Below, one piece after another: positions 26,040 to 38,400 of a stretch of 64,000 nucleotides of DNA (position 1 is its first letter; the number at the start of each line of letters is the position of its first letter). The position numbers and the translations under genes are program-made. The notes beneath the pieces are model-generated. The model saw only the letters and a program-made list of their open reading frames with translations, was not told the origin of the DNA and did not search any database. The DNA is from Gracilinanus agilis (lineage: Eukaryota), in contig NC_058132.1 of assembly GCF_016433145.1 (NCBI RefSeq), positions 269,625,660 through 269,689,659 of the forward strand. Reading direction: 5' to 3'.

Positions 26040-27900
26040 ATTCCAAGTCTTTATCTTAGACTGCCTTCTCCCTCCATTTTGTTCTTAGGAATCCTGTTCT
26101 GTTAAATTTCATCTATTCTTTAACCTTTTTCTCTCAGTCTCCTTCCATGTTATCTCAGCCATGGAAACCTACATCCCTTCTAGAAGATGCTAACTATACT
26201 GCATCCCTGACCATCTCTCTCCAACACTGGACTTACCTTTTCTGCTTACAACCTGGCATACTTTTCCAGGAGGAAGAAGTGCTCATCCCTACCACTTCTA
26301 CCTTCATCTCTATCACTCAGCAAATTCTCTTTGAAGTTTACATAATCTAGATATATGGCCTTATGTGGATTCTGATGACTATTATCTATTGCCCCTAAGG
26401 TTATTTTCCATTCTTTCTTATGCAATTCAGTTTGGGGCTCAACATCTACCCTGATACCTGGGAACTTCAGTATGTATGTAGATGTCTCTTTATATATATA
26501 ATCATCCTGACTCCCATTTCATCCGCCTCTTCAAGGTACATGATATGTGTCTTCATTCTATCTTAGCCACCCCTTGGCTCCTCATGATCAGAATTCTAAA
26601 CTTTCGCTAAATATAAGTCTTAGTCTTCTGTTTCTTATAGTTTTTCCTTATTAAATCTGTTTTCCCTCTTCATCATAAACCTAAAGTCATTTCATCCTTT
26701 CCTGCTCTTCCAGGCCATCACCTTTCCTCTAGAATAACTTTCTTCCCTTCCTAATATTGTCTCTTTGGCCTATTGTTATTTATACCTTGCCAACTTCAAC
26801 ATTGAGTTACTGTCTATATTCTCTGTTCTGGCTCATATGCTGCCAAAACCTGCTGGAGAAAGTGACATAACATTGATAATAGAATCTATGATTTGGTTTT
26901 GTTATCTAATCTCAACTAGAGCTACAATCCTTTTATTCTTCCCTAATTGTCTCTATTATACTCCTCAAATGGTCTATTTCAAATATTTTCTTTCCTTTTG
27001 CTCCCTACACCACCCCAATATCTTTTTTTTTAAAACCCTTGTACTTTGGTGTATTGTCTCATAGGTGGAAGATTGGTAAGGGTGGGCAATGGGGGTCAAG
27101 TGACTTGCCCAGGGTCACACAGCTGGGAAGTGGCTGAGGCCGGGTTTGAACCTAGGACCTCCCGTCTCTAGGCCTGACTCTCACTCCACTGAGCTACCCA
27201 GCTGCCCCACACCCCAATATCTTTTGGAAATTTTAAATTGAAATCACTCCCTCCAAAATTACCAATGACATTTTAATTCCTAAATCTAATGGTATACTGT
27301 CAGACCCCATTCTTCTTAATGTCTCTGCTATATTGATATTCTTAGTACTCCTACTAGATACTTTCTTCTATCTGGGTTTTTGTGATGCTATTCCCTCCTG
27401 GTTCTCATTCTTCCTGACAAGTGGAGATACTATGTATGATTCACTAGAAAAGTGCTAGAGTAAGAGGGCTTGCCTTTGATATTTATTGCCTTTGTGATCT
27501 TATGCTTCTGCTTCATTGATTATAAGATGAGACTGTTGGACATCAGATCCTATGAAAATTTCTCAACTCTATTGCTGATGGTCATTCACCTTCTTCCCAT
27601 TAAATTTTAGAGTTCTCTAACATTCTAACCTGGGCCTTTCTGATTTTTTTCTTTGACATTCTCATTAGCTGTTATTGATTAAATGGCCCAATCTAAGAAT
27701 GTAAATCCCAGATCTATCTATCTGTTCCTAATATCTCTCCTAAGCTGGGGTCCTACATCATCAGATAAATGGAATACATAATTAATCCTATCCTACCTCT
27801 CATTACAACCCCTATTCCGTGGAGCTATATTTATGCATAGAGTTCTGCCACTCTTCCAATAATTCAGGTTCACAACTTCAAGCTGACTCTTAGCTCCTCT
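26040..27900 (+). mobile_element. Long L2 ORF2 fossil (endonuclease to RT), interrupted by SINEs
   Basis: Degenerate endonuclease region ('ctctttgaagtt...attatctattgccc...ggaacttcagtatgtatgtagatg') and RT region ('cttcttaatgtctctgct...ccctcctggttctc', 'ttagagttctc...ctgggcc'). Confidence 0.7.
27027..27208 (-). mobile_element. Very young SINE1_Mdo-type SINE with 16-bp TSD
   Basis: Reverse head '...ccactgagctacccagctgcccc'; TSD caccccaatatctttt at 27011-27026 and 27210-27225. Confidence 0.96.
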
Positions 27901-28879
27901 CTCTCCTTAAATCTATTTTCAAAAGAAAAGAAGAATCCTAAGAAATTAGAAAAAACAAAAACAAAAACAAAAGAGGGGAATGGGGAAATGAATATAAAGT
28001 AGAGCAAGGGCATTCACAGGGAGTTTTTGAGATGTATGGATTTTCCTAGGCTCCAGTGTGGTCTTGCTCTACTAGTTGTATGCTATTACTCATTTTTCTT
28101 CCTGTTATTATATTAAGAGTGGGATTTAGTCTTTATCAAGGACTTGGAAAAGAATAATTTTCTATGATAGGTGTAGGACTGGGAATCCCTGATAAAAGTT
28201 TTTAACTGTGGCAGGTGGCTCAAAAGTTGTAATTTGGTCACCTATGAGCCAAAATAAGGAAAAGAGAAAATGGGAGAAAGTATTTTGATAGCAACACATT
28301 GGGCCAATTTAATGGGTGAAACTGGGAGGCAAAGAAGCCTTGTGTGAAGCTGGTTTCAGTAAACCACATGTGGGAAAACCACATCTTGGGCCAACAAGAC
28401 AAGTGTGGGCAAAGAAAAGAAGGTCTGTTTCACTCTTTCAAAAATAAGAATCCAGAGTGATGAATTCACATTTTTTGTCTGCACATTTTTCTTTACTTAT
28501 GTAGTTTAAATGTGCCTTCAAATTGAAATCCTAAAACAGAAAGTTTTGCCATTTGAAATCCTACTTGTTTCTAAAACTCAATTTGTGCAAAAATCTTGAA
28601 TGTCCTTAAAAAAGTTTTATATGTAAATTTAGAGGTCATTATGAAGTCATGTTCTTATTCCAAACACCTCATTTCTTAGAGATTTTGAATCAAAGGGTAA
28701 GCAGCTATGTCTCTGGGCTAATTTATTTGATACTATTCAGAGTCAGTAAGGTAGATTTAAGTCATTTGTAGACCTAGGATCTCTTGAAAAATCTTTGTAG
28801 GTAAATAATAATACATTCCTTCTGGCTTCCTTATCTCATTTTCTAGTTCCAAGAGAATCATAGTTTAGCCACCATATCA

Positions 28880-29765
28880 TTAGGGAGTCAGTACTGCCTA
28901 TTTTCTAGCTTTGCTTTTGTGTTACTCTAGTCTAACTCATCAATCACAACTGTGCAAAATGAATTTGTCATTTTCCCCTCTCAACTTTCTCCTGTTTTCC
29001 ATCAATCAGTCATCGACTCTTCCCTCTCCACTCATCATGTCCATTCAGATGCTTGATTCTACAACATTTCTCATAACTAACCCTCATTGATTGATTTTTA
29101 TCCAACTTTAGTACCTCGTCAACTCTTATATGTCCTATTAAAAGTTTCTTAGGAGGAATCTTTGCTTCCAGTCATTTTTGCCTTCTTCAATCTATTCTCC
29201 ACCCAGCTAACAAATAATTTGCCCAAAGTATAAGTTTGGAGACTGTCGTTCCTTTGTTCAACAATTAGTAGCTCCCTATGGTCTTTAAGATAGAGCCCAC
29301 TCTTCTTTTTTGGCACTTAATGTCCTTCAAGATATGGTGGCAAAACTACTTTTCTAAGCTTGCTGCATGTTGTTCTCTATCACATACTCATGTTGTAGAC
29401 AAACTGGTCTACTTATTCTTCCTTGAAGTTATCAGTCCCTCTCAGATCTTATGTTTGAGCTCAGTCTATTCCCATATTCTTGGAATATATTCTTCCCTCC
29501 TCATTACCTCTTATATTCCTTAGGTTCCTTTAAGATTCAGTTTATGTGCCATTTCCTATAGGAAGCCTTTCTTCATCTCTTTAGTTGTTAGTATTCTCTC
29601 CTTCTAGAACAGTATGCGGAAATTTACTTGTTCCCTTTTTCTATTTTTCCCAATATAATGTTAGCTCCTTAAGGCCAAGAATTATTTAAATTTTTCTTTG
29701 TACCTCCGGTACCTTGTGCAGTTCCTTATATGTAGCAGGCAGTTAATAAATGTTTGTTGGGTTAG
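28880..29765 (+). mobile_element. L2 LINE 3' portion
   Basis: L2 3' sequence ending 'tagcaggcagttaataaatgtttgttgg'. Confidence 0.78.
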
Positions 29766-30964
29766 GACTGATCATTGCCTTGAAGTAAGGAAGAGTTATC
29801 ATGCAGAGAAAGGATTTTGAATTGCACAGTTTGGTTCAATAAGGCATAATTATTAGGTGGGAGTTGAGAATTTGCTTAAGAGTTGAAAAAGTTACCAATA
29901 GCTATGTGTATGACTCCCAGGCCAGGACTCTTGCCATTACACTTTACTATCTATCTCTGGAGCCAATGAAAGAGTCAAAGATAGAGACAAAGAAGAAAGT
30001 GGTATTTAACATGAATAGCAGGGGGAAAAATCATACAATAAATTAATAAACTTCACACCTAATTCTTTTTATTTCTTGGGCTAATTATAATATAGGAAAA
30101 ATAAAATGTGACAGTTTCACTCTGTTACAGTCATCAAAAAGGTGAAAATTCTTCTAAAGCAAAAAAAAAAGAGAGAAAATATATTTAATGCCATCAGAAG
30201 CCTATTTAATATTCCCACAAAACCTGTCCAAATGTAGTGATGAGCTACTGAGATAATTTATCCTAAGACATAAGAAGTTTTATTTTGCTTTCCAAGGAAA
30301 GTTTTTCTCTATTAGACATAAGGTACTGACAGTGATGAAAACCAAGTCAGCAAAACTACCTTCAGATTGCCTTTTTATGCCTAGTACTTCAAAATTTATA
30401 GTAAGATAAAAATCCTTGATTTCTGTAATTTCCACAAGTATGCTTCAAATCTCAATTTTAAGACCGAACTTTAAAATAGTAGAAAGAGCCCCAGATTTGG
30501 AGTCACAGGACTTGGTTTGAAGGCCAGCCTTGCTACTATGCACCTGTGAGACTTTGGGTAAGTCATTTCCATCTCTGAGCCTAATTTGTCTCCTGGAGAG
30601 TGAGAAAGGCAGACTTGATGATCACTAAGGTCTCTTTCAGCTCTAAATCCTATGAAACATTCACATCTTACCACTGGAGAGAACAGAAAATGAAAGTTTC
30701 TTCCCCAAAAAATCTCATCATCAGTTCATATATCCTGAGCATTACCAATGGGTTAAATACTTTCCATAGAGAAGCACAGACAAAATGTCCTGTCTTCCAT
30801 GAAAATGCATGGCCAGTACCTTAATTATATAGATCTTTCCTCAGCTGATTCCTCATTAGCTAAGTGGCGTGATGGCTAGAATGCTGATCCTAGAATCAGG
30901 AAGACCTGAGTTCTAAACCACCTTAAACACTTACTAACTACATGACCAGGCAAGTCGCTTATTT

Positions 30965-31390
30965 TCTTTTTTATCATTATATTTTTTCCAGATTACAGAT
31001 AGATACAATTTTTAATCATTGTTTTCTGGTATTTTGTAATCCATGTTCTCTCCCTCCTTCTCACCCCTTCCCTGTTCCTGGCACAGCAGGCAATACGATA
31101 TAGGGTTATGCATGTGCTATCATGCAATATGTACTTCCATGTTTGTTATGTTGTGAAAGAAGGAACATTGCTTATACTAGGGAAAAATTAAAAGGCTGAG
31201 ATGAAGTGAAAAATCAGTTCCTTCTGTGGTGGTAGATAGTCTTTTATGTCATGAGTCATTTGGGGTTGTCTTAAATTCTTTGTATTGTTGATTATAGTTG
31301 CCATTTGCAATTGATCATTATAAATTATTGCTGTTACTGTGTATAATGTTCTCCTTTTTCTGCTCGTTTACTTTGCATTACTTCACAAAA
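30965..31390 (-). mobile_element. Old L1 3' end inserted in a MIR-type SINE
   Basis: Same family as 3850-4300; SINE head at 30850-30960 and SINE CORE resuming at about 31415-31560. Confidence 0.75.
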
Positions 31391-31809
31391 GTCTTTCCAG
31401 GATTTTTTTTTATTTAAGTGTTTTTTGCCTCCGTTTACTCATCTGTAAAAAAGTGGGGATAATAATAGCACCTACTTCCCAAGGTTGCTCTGGGAATTCA
31501 ATGATATATTTGTTAAATGTTTGGTGCTTAGTAAGTTCTATGTGAATATTAGCTATTAGCTATTCTTCTTCTTCAGACTTGAAGTAGGATACTTTATTTC
31601 TTCCTCCTGGGCTCTGCATCATCCTAGAATTCGAGATTTATAGGTGGAAGGAATCATAGAAGTTTTTTAGCCCAACTCCAGTAGTAATGAGTAAACTGAG
31701 GGTCAAAGAGTTTAAATGATTTTCCCCAAAATCACACAGGTTGTAAATGTCAGTGCTGGGATTTGAACCCAGGTCTTTGTCTTAAAATTCAGAATTTTTT
31801 CCCTTTTTT

Positions 31810-32150
31810 TTTACCATACTTTCCTACACAGTTTCTAAAAGAATCTTCCTATGACCCTTCTGCTCAAGAATTTTCAGAGGTTCCCTTTTAGTGTCTTAAG
31901 ATAAAATACACACTCATCAATCTGGTATTTAAGGTGCTTCATAATCCCACTCACAATCTGCTTTTACTAGACATTTCATATAATTCCTCTACATACACTC
32001 CATGTTCTGGACAAATTCTTCTATCTATAGTCCTTGAACTTACTATTTCATCTCTAACTCTATCTGACACCCATGTTTGGGACACACTCCCTCATCTCAG
32101 ACTCTTAGAAGTCCTTCCCTCCTTCAATTCTCCTCTCTCAAAGTAGAATC
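31810..32150 (+). mobile_element. L2 LINE fragment
   Basis: 'ctgctcaagaattttcagaggttccc...ggtatttaaggtgcttcataatc'. Confidence 0.7.
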
Positions 32151-33234
32151 TTTGAATGAGAATTCAAGAAGTAGAGGTAAAAAGAAAGCATATTTCAAGT
32201 ATGGAGGAGAGAGATAGGAAATAGACAACTGGTTTTAAAGAATGGAACAGAAGTCAGTTTGGTTGGAACCTGGCATATGTGAAAGGGAATAATGTAAAAT
32301 AACCCTGGACATATAGACTGGAGTCAGAAAAAAACAACAACAACATATGTTTCACAAGTTGTACCATTTTGAACTTTTTGAGAATGGTCTTAGGACATCA
32401 GAGAAACATTCTTTTTGGGAGGTTTGTACTCAGAACATTTCCAGATTGCTACAACTCTCTGAAACTTGCACTCAACTCACATAATCTTAAAGAACTCATG
32501 ATAACTCCTGTGCCATAATGAAGCATCGAAGTAGGACTTTTGATTTTTCAAGATATGAGTAAATTTTAGAAATAGTCAATCTTCCTGAAGAGTCATTTGC
32601 AAAAAAGAACAGCTCACCAACACAACATTACACTAAATTCTTTGTAGTTGGTTTCGACAGCATTTAAATGGACAGTTTTAAATGACCCCATCTAGTGTCA
32701 ATTCATTCAACTACATAGGGACATATTGTGTAACTAATTTATCTTGCTGAATATATCTGCCATTAATTCTACTAAAAAATCAGACATTTTATAGGGACCA
32801 TACCAAGATTAATTTATGGTTCGAACTGTCAACCTGTGAAACCTGCCCTGAATTTTTTTTTTTAAATTCTAAATCCTCTCTTTCATTCTATGTGATACAG
32901 AACTCTGTGGTCTCCACTGTCACAGACACAGCATCTGAGGAAATAATAGAGTACTTTCCCAGCACAAATGGCCTAGCCTCTAGTTCCATCTCATTTCCAC
33001 AGTACCACAGAGTTCTACTATGTTTTTGGGCCAGACAACCCTGGAGCCTGCCTCTCTACAAAGATGGTATAGTCTTGCAGTTTTCAAATGTGAGGACTGA
33101 AAATAAAAACTATCTGACTCTCCGATGTCTTTGTAAAACTTTATTAAAGGGAAAAAACCGATGGAGTTCCCTAGCTGAAATTAACTAGAGCCTCCCCATG
33201 CTCCCTCCTCCTCTGAATCTTCTCAGAGTCAAAA

Positions 33235-33365
33235 GCCCCTCCTAGGCACAGGATTGGTCCTTATATTGACCAATCCCGTGCCTGGAAGAAAGGGGCGTGG
33301 TCCCTCACCTAGCATGGTATTGGTCCACTCAAGACCAATCCCACACCAGGAAGTAGAGGGGAGGG
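33235..33365. repeat. Two-unit ~65-bp direct repeat, each unit an ATTGG...CCAAT hairpin
   Basis: Unit 1 has a 15/16-bp stem (33244-33259 / 33268-33283); unit 2 has a 10/11-bp stem (33315-33325 / 33333-33343). Both read 'attggtcc..gaccaatccc..ggaag..agggg'. Confidence 0.85.
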
Positions 33366-34479
33366 ACCCTTGGGGCATGCTGGGAGAGGTAGCTAGCAAT
33401 CACCTGAAGCCAGGTTTGAACGGAAGAATGTGAGTCAGCCTGACTTCAGACCCAGCAAGCTAACCATTGTGCAACCTAGTCGCCCCTATTATTGTTATAC
33501 TTCTATTATTATCTTGACTAAAATACAAGCACAGTTGATAAGTAAATGTAAGTTTTTACAATTGAATGATAGTTCTGACTTGCCCATATTTGGGCATCCA
33601 AAGCTTGGAAGACTCTTCCTTAATCTACCCATTGGGCTATCAGTATTTTAGGACCTTGTCAGAGACCTCAATCATAAATTATAGCCTTAGATTCAGAGGG
33701 GTTATTAGAATTCATCTGTTCCAAACCTATCATTTTAGAGAAGAGGAAACTGAGGTCCAGAGAAGCAGTTTGCCCAATATCATACAAACTGCAAGTGAGA
33801 GAGGCATGATACAAACCTAGTTCCCATGATTCCAATAGTTCTCTTTCTTCTGCACAACTATCCCTTTATTAAGTTAGATCATTGAAAAGCAACACAACTG
33901 GTTGTGTTATTTTGGGCTCCTGCAGAAATATCTTTGTGAGTTAAGGGTTAATGCTATGCTATCATTTGTAGAGGATGTTTATTTGTCTTTTAAAAACCAT
34001 ACTGGAAAACAAAAACATCGCATGCTATATTACACACCTTTGACACATAGTGAGGTTATCCTCGAATTAAGTTCTGAGGAAAAGTGAATCTTTCAGATGA
34101 ATGCCATCTTTTTTTTTTTTTTGTCAGTCTATGAAAACTTAATGTGGAGGAATGAAAGAGAGAGCTTCATTTGAAGTTAAACAACCTAGGTGTGAACACT
34201 GGCCTTACTATTTATGTAATGTATGAACTTGGGCAAGTCATCATATTCTCTTATCTTTAATTTCCTCAGCTTTAAAATATATAAAATAAAGTAAATGGAT
34301 TCAATGATATTTAGCTCTAAGTTCTCCTATACAAGAGTTATCACAATGGTTCAATAATAAATTAGAAAGAAGTCTCTATTCAAGTTGTCCCAGAATCTAT
34401 GCTTGACCCTGTGCTTTTTAATATTTTTTATCATTTATGTGGATAGGGGCACATTTATCAATTTTATAGAGACACAAAG

Positions 34480-34615
34480 GTTGGAAGAACAACTAACATG
34501 TTAAATGAAAATATAGGCTCCAAAAATATTCTAAAAGTCTAGAGTTAGGGCCATATCTAATAAAGATATATAATATATAACTGATATATTTAACCTAATA
34601 TATATAATATATGGC

Positions 34616-34673
<58 letters not shown>

Positions 34674-34965
34674 ATAGAAGGTTATACACTCAAGTTCAGA
34701 ATGTCAGTGCCACAGAGTGGAGGGAGGTATAGTTAGAAAGCCAAAAGTTAGGGGAAAAAAAGATCTGGTAATTTTAGGGAAATTAAAACTCAAAAAAGTC
34801 AATAATATCACAACTAAGAAAAATAATGCTACAGTAGGAGAGGCCTGGCATTCATTGCTGGGTGGACACATGATGATCCCACTATTCATAGGATGATCAG
34901 GCCACATTTGGAGCATTGCTTTCAGTTTTGAATATCACCTATTAGGAAGGACCTCTAGTAAGCTC
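34480..34965 (+). mobile_element. L3/CR1 fragment containing (AC)n(TA)n at 34621-34672
   Basis: 'gatcccactattc...gatcaggccacatttggagcattgctttcagttttg' is CR1 3' ORF2. Confidence 0.75.
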
Positions 34966-34989
34966 TGAAGGGTTTCCAGAAGAAGACAA

Positions 34990-35198
34990 TTTGGAGTCAG
35001 GAAGATTCTTCTTTGTGAATTCAAATACAGCCTCAGACACTACTTGTGTGACTCTGGTCAAGTCACTTAACCCTATTGGCCTTAGTTTTCTCATCTGTAA
35101 AATGAGCTGGAGAAGAAAATGGCAAACCACTCCTGTATCCTTGCCAAGAGGGTCATAATGAGTCAGACCCAACTTATACAATTGAAAAACAAACAACC
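34990..35198 (+). mobile_element. MAR1-type SINE
   Basis: 'ggagtcaggaag...ctcatctgtaaaatgagctggagaagaaaatggcaaaccactcc...cttgccaaga'. Confidence 0.85.
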
Positions 35199-35956
35199 AT
35201 CACTTATGTTTCTCCTGGTACTAATCTTCCAGCTGTTCTCCAACACATTTCTTTATCCCCAGGTTCTCCTACATTAGGATACTTTTTTTGTTTCCAGTGA
35301 TACTATAATAATTCTCATATCTATTGTCCTCCTTTAACTGAATTATTCCCTTTCACGGTCACAGCACAAGCATGCTTCACCTCATATAGTCCCCCCATGA
35401 AATCAAATTTACCCTTTTACATTAAGATTACCATCTAACTTTGCTTATTAACATCACTCTCTGTATTTTTGTGTAGACACTGAGCCAATGGGTGTTATTA
35501 TTGTCTCTCCTTTCAGAGCCACTTTGTTCCCTATTTGTTGTTGATCCTTCCCATCGGTTTTCTTTTTCCTATGTTGCATGTGACATTACCTGTGGAATCT
35601 GAGTCAGTGCATATATGTTAATAATTTTCTTATTTACTTACTATTTCAATTTTAAAGCATTCAAATAAATTTTCAAGTCATTCTATCCAAAAGTGAATGA
35701 GCCTTTCAGGAGTTACTGGCTTCCTCATCATGGGGGTCTTCATTGAGAGGCTAGATGCCCACTTATTAAAGATAAAATAAAAAGGATTCTTATTCAATAA
35801 TAGATTACCATTGAGCTTGGTAACTTTGATATTTTGTACATTAGCAACAGAAAATTTACCACCCAAGTTTGCAAATTTTAAGAACAAAAACATTGCCATT
35901 ACCTGACCTGTGTCCTGAAAAAGTCTTAATTTTTTCCTTAATATCCTTGTATTCTC

Positions 35957-36652
35957 TCTTTTTTCTTTTTTAAAATTTATTTCTTTAATTAATTAATTTA
36001 GAATATTTTTCTATGGTTATGTGATTTGTATTCCTGGATCCCATAGCCAATGAGCAATTCAACTGGGTTTTACATGTATCATTGATCAAGACCTATTTCC
36101 ATATTATTAATATTTGCACTAGAGTGATCATTTAGAGTCTACATCCCCAATCATATCCCCATCTAACCATGTTATCAAGGAAACGTTTTTCTTCTATGTT
36201 TCTATTCTTATAGTTCTTTCTCTGGATGTGGATAGTGTTCTTTCTCATAAGTCCCTCAAAATTATCCTGGATCATTGCATTGCTGCTAGTAGAGAAGTCC
36301 ATTACATTAGATTGTGCCATAGTGTATCCATCTCTGTGCACAATGTTCTCCTGGATCTACTTCTTTCACTCTGCATCAATTCCTAGAGGTCTTTCCAGTT
36401 CACATGGAATTCCTCCAGTTCATTATTCCTTTTAGCATAATAATATTCCATCACTAGCATATACCACAATTTGTTCAGCGATTCCCCAATCAAAGGGCAT
36501 CCCCTCATTTTCCAACTTTTTTTGCCACCACAAAGAGCGTGGCTATAAATATTTATGTACAAGTATTTTTCCTTATTATCTCTTTGGGGTACAAACCCAG
36601 CAGTGATATGGCTGGATCAAAAGGCAGGCAGTCATTTAAAACCCTTTGGCCA
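35957..36652 (-). mobile_element. L1_Mdo-type 5'-truncated LINE (~700 bp)
   Basis: Close paralogue of 14340-15000; candidate 9-bp TSD tgtattctc at 35948-35956 and 36653-36661. Confidence 0.9.
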
Positions 36653-37499
36653 TGTATTCTCCATCTTAATCGTTATAACTCATATTTGTAGGATGCATTA
36701 AAGGTTGCAAACACTTCCTTACAATTCTGGGAGACATACTACAAGTACAATTTCATTATTCCTATTTTGTAATTTAACTCTGAAGGATTAATTGGACTGA
36801 CCCGGGTAACCCAGATACCGAGTGTCCAAGTCTGGATTTGAACCTTGGTCTCCTCCCTCAAAGTTTAGAGCTCCATCAATGGTATTATAGTTTCTTTTTA
36901 TCTTCCATGTGAGCTTATCCTACTGATTATAGGAGAGTTGTTTCTTTTCTTTCTTCTGTTGTCTTAATTCCACATAAGTGCCCAGGAGATTGGGACTTTT
37001 ATAAAGTTAACTACATACATCTTTCAGGTTACTTTGTTTTTATAGAAAGAAGTGAGATTAATTTTGCCTTGATTAGAAGGCACAGATGAATAAAATTAGA
37101 GGGACACCATTCAACTTCCCTTTCCTTAGTGCTCACAGTTTGGTAACCTATAGTGTGATGTTTCATTACAAAATAATCATTTTTGAATAAAGTCCTGTAG
37201 AAAATAGAAACGAGTCAAAGAATTGTAAACTTGGATTCCTCCCAATAATTACATAGACTTTTGATGACTTATATTCAAGAATCACTTCTTAATCACCCTT
37301 TGTAGTGATGATTGAATAATTTACATGCTTTTCGCAGTGGGAATCGTGTACACTTTTAACACCAATAACCAAGAAAGCCTATTTACTGGCTTTATAAAAT
37401 CATCAAAAAGAATCCAGACCAAAAATTTAGATACTGATAAAAGACAAACTTTTTTTAGACCTAATAAAGAACCTAACAGCTTTCCAGAGGGAAATTCTT

Positions 37500-38400
37500 A
37501 CGTGATTTTGATGGGTGACAAATCTAAGCAATGACAGAAACATGTAAATCATGTGTATTATCATGTCTCATCTGAATGTCTTTACAACATATACAAGTTG
37601 AAGGATTAAGTGCTAGGGGAGATTTCTTAGCTGGGAAGGTGTTGGGGGAGGGGGCTGGTGTGACACTCTGATTAAGACACTGACAGTACACACAAAACCA
37701 TTTGTTGGCATGACATGTCAGACGGATGAAGAATCAGTCTTTGTCTATGGGAGCTCTGTTTTCTTTCAAACTACCTCTTGGATCAGCTGCAGGGGAAACA
37801 AGGAGGCTAATCGGACCCTGATTTTTTAATACCAGCATCATGTAAAGTATGTAGTAATAACAATAAAGAGGGGGCTTTTCTGTGGCACCAGTAGGCACAA
37901 TGAACAATTGTCCATTAATATAAGCAGCATTTCCTTCCTTCTACCTCTGAGAGGCACATTTTTTTTTTCTCAAAGAGCAGTTCACATTAAATAGCTAATT
38001 CTCTTTCTACCCATGACTAAACCATGTAGTGAGGCTCACTTTTGTTTGGCCCTGAAAAATAAATGATGGAAAATTGGAGCTAACAATATGTTCTGATTAT
38101 TCCTACAGTATACAATATTCTCTGAATGTGACAAACCGTGTTTATCCCACTAGGGAGAGAGAGTGAGGGAGAGAGAGATTCCCTATGATTTATTGGCATG
38201 TGTGGTGCTGTTAAATAGCCATTTTATTATTCTGCCCTGACATTGACATATTTTCCTTCACTTTTCAAGAATTAAGATTTTCATATGTAAAATCTTACCC
38301 AAATGCAGTATTGACATTGAGAAATAACTTATTCGTGGTAATAGTCAAGGCTTTTGTGCCTATCAAGGATTATGCCTCCCTTGTTACAGTTCTAAATCTA
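37500..38400. promoter_or_regulatory. Putative developmental enhancer-like unique sequence
   Basis: Repeat-free, with TGACATGTCA, TGACAG, TGATTAA, TGATTTAT and ACAAT/AACAAT motifs. Function is inferred only. Confidence 0.3.

Noticed and set aside
32615-32695. Minus-strand peptide MGSFKTVHLNAVETNYKEFSVMLC resembling the lipocalin 'TDY/TNY' motif, followed by TG|GTGAGC
   Set aside because: No polypyrimidine acceptor, only 25 codons, and no other lipocalin exons nearby although lipocalin genes are compact; most likely chance.
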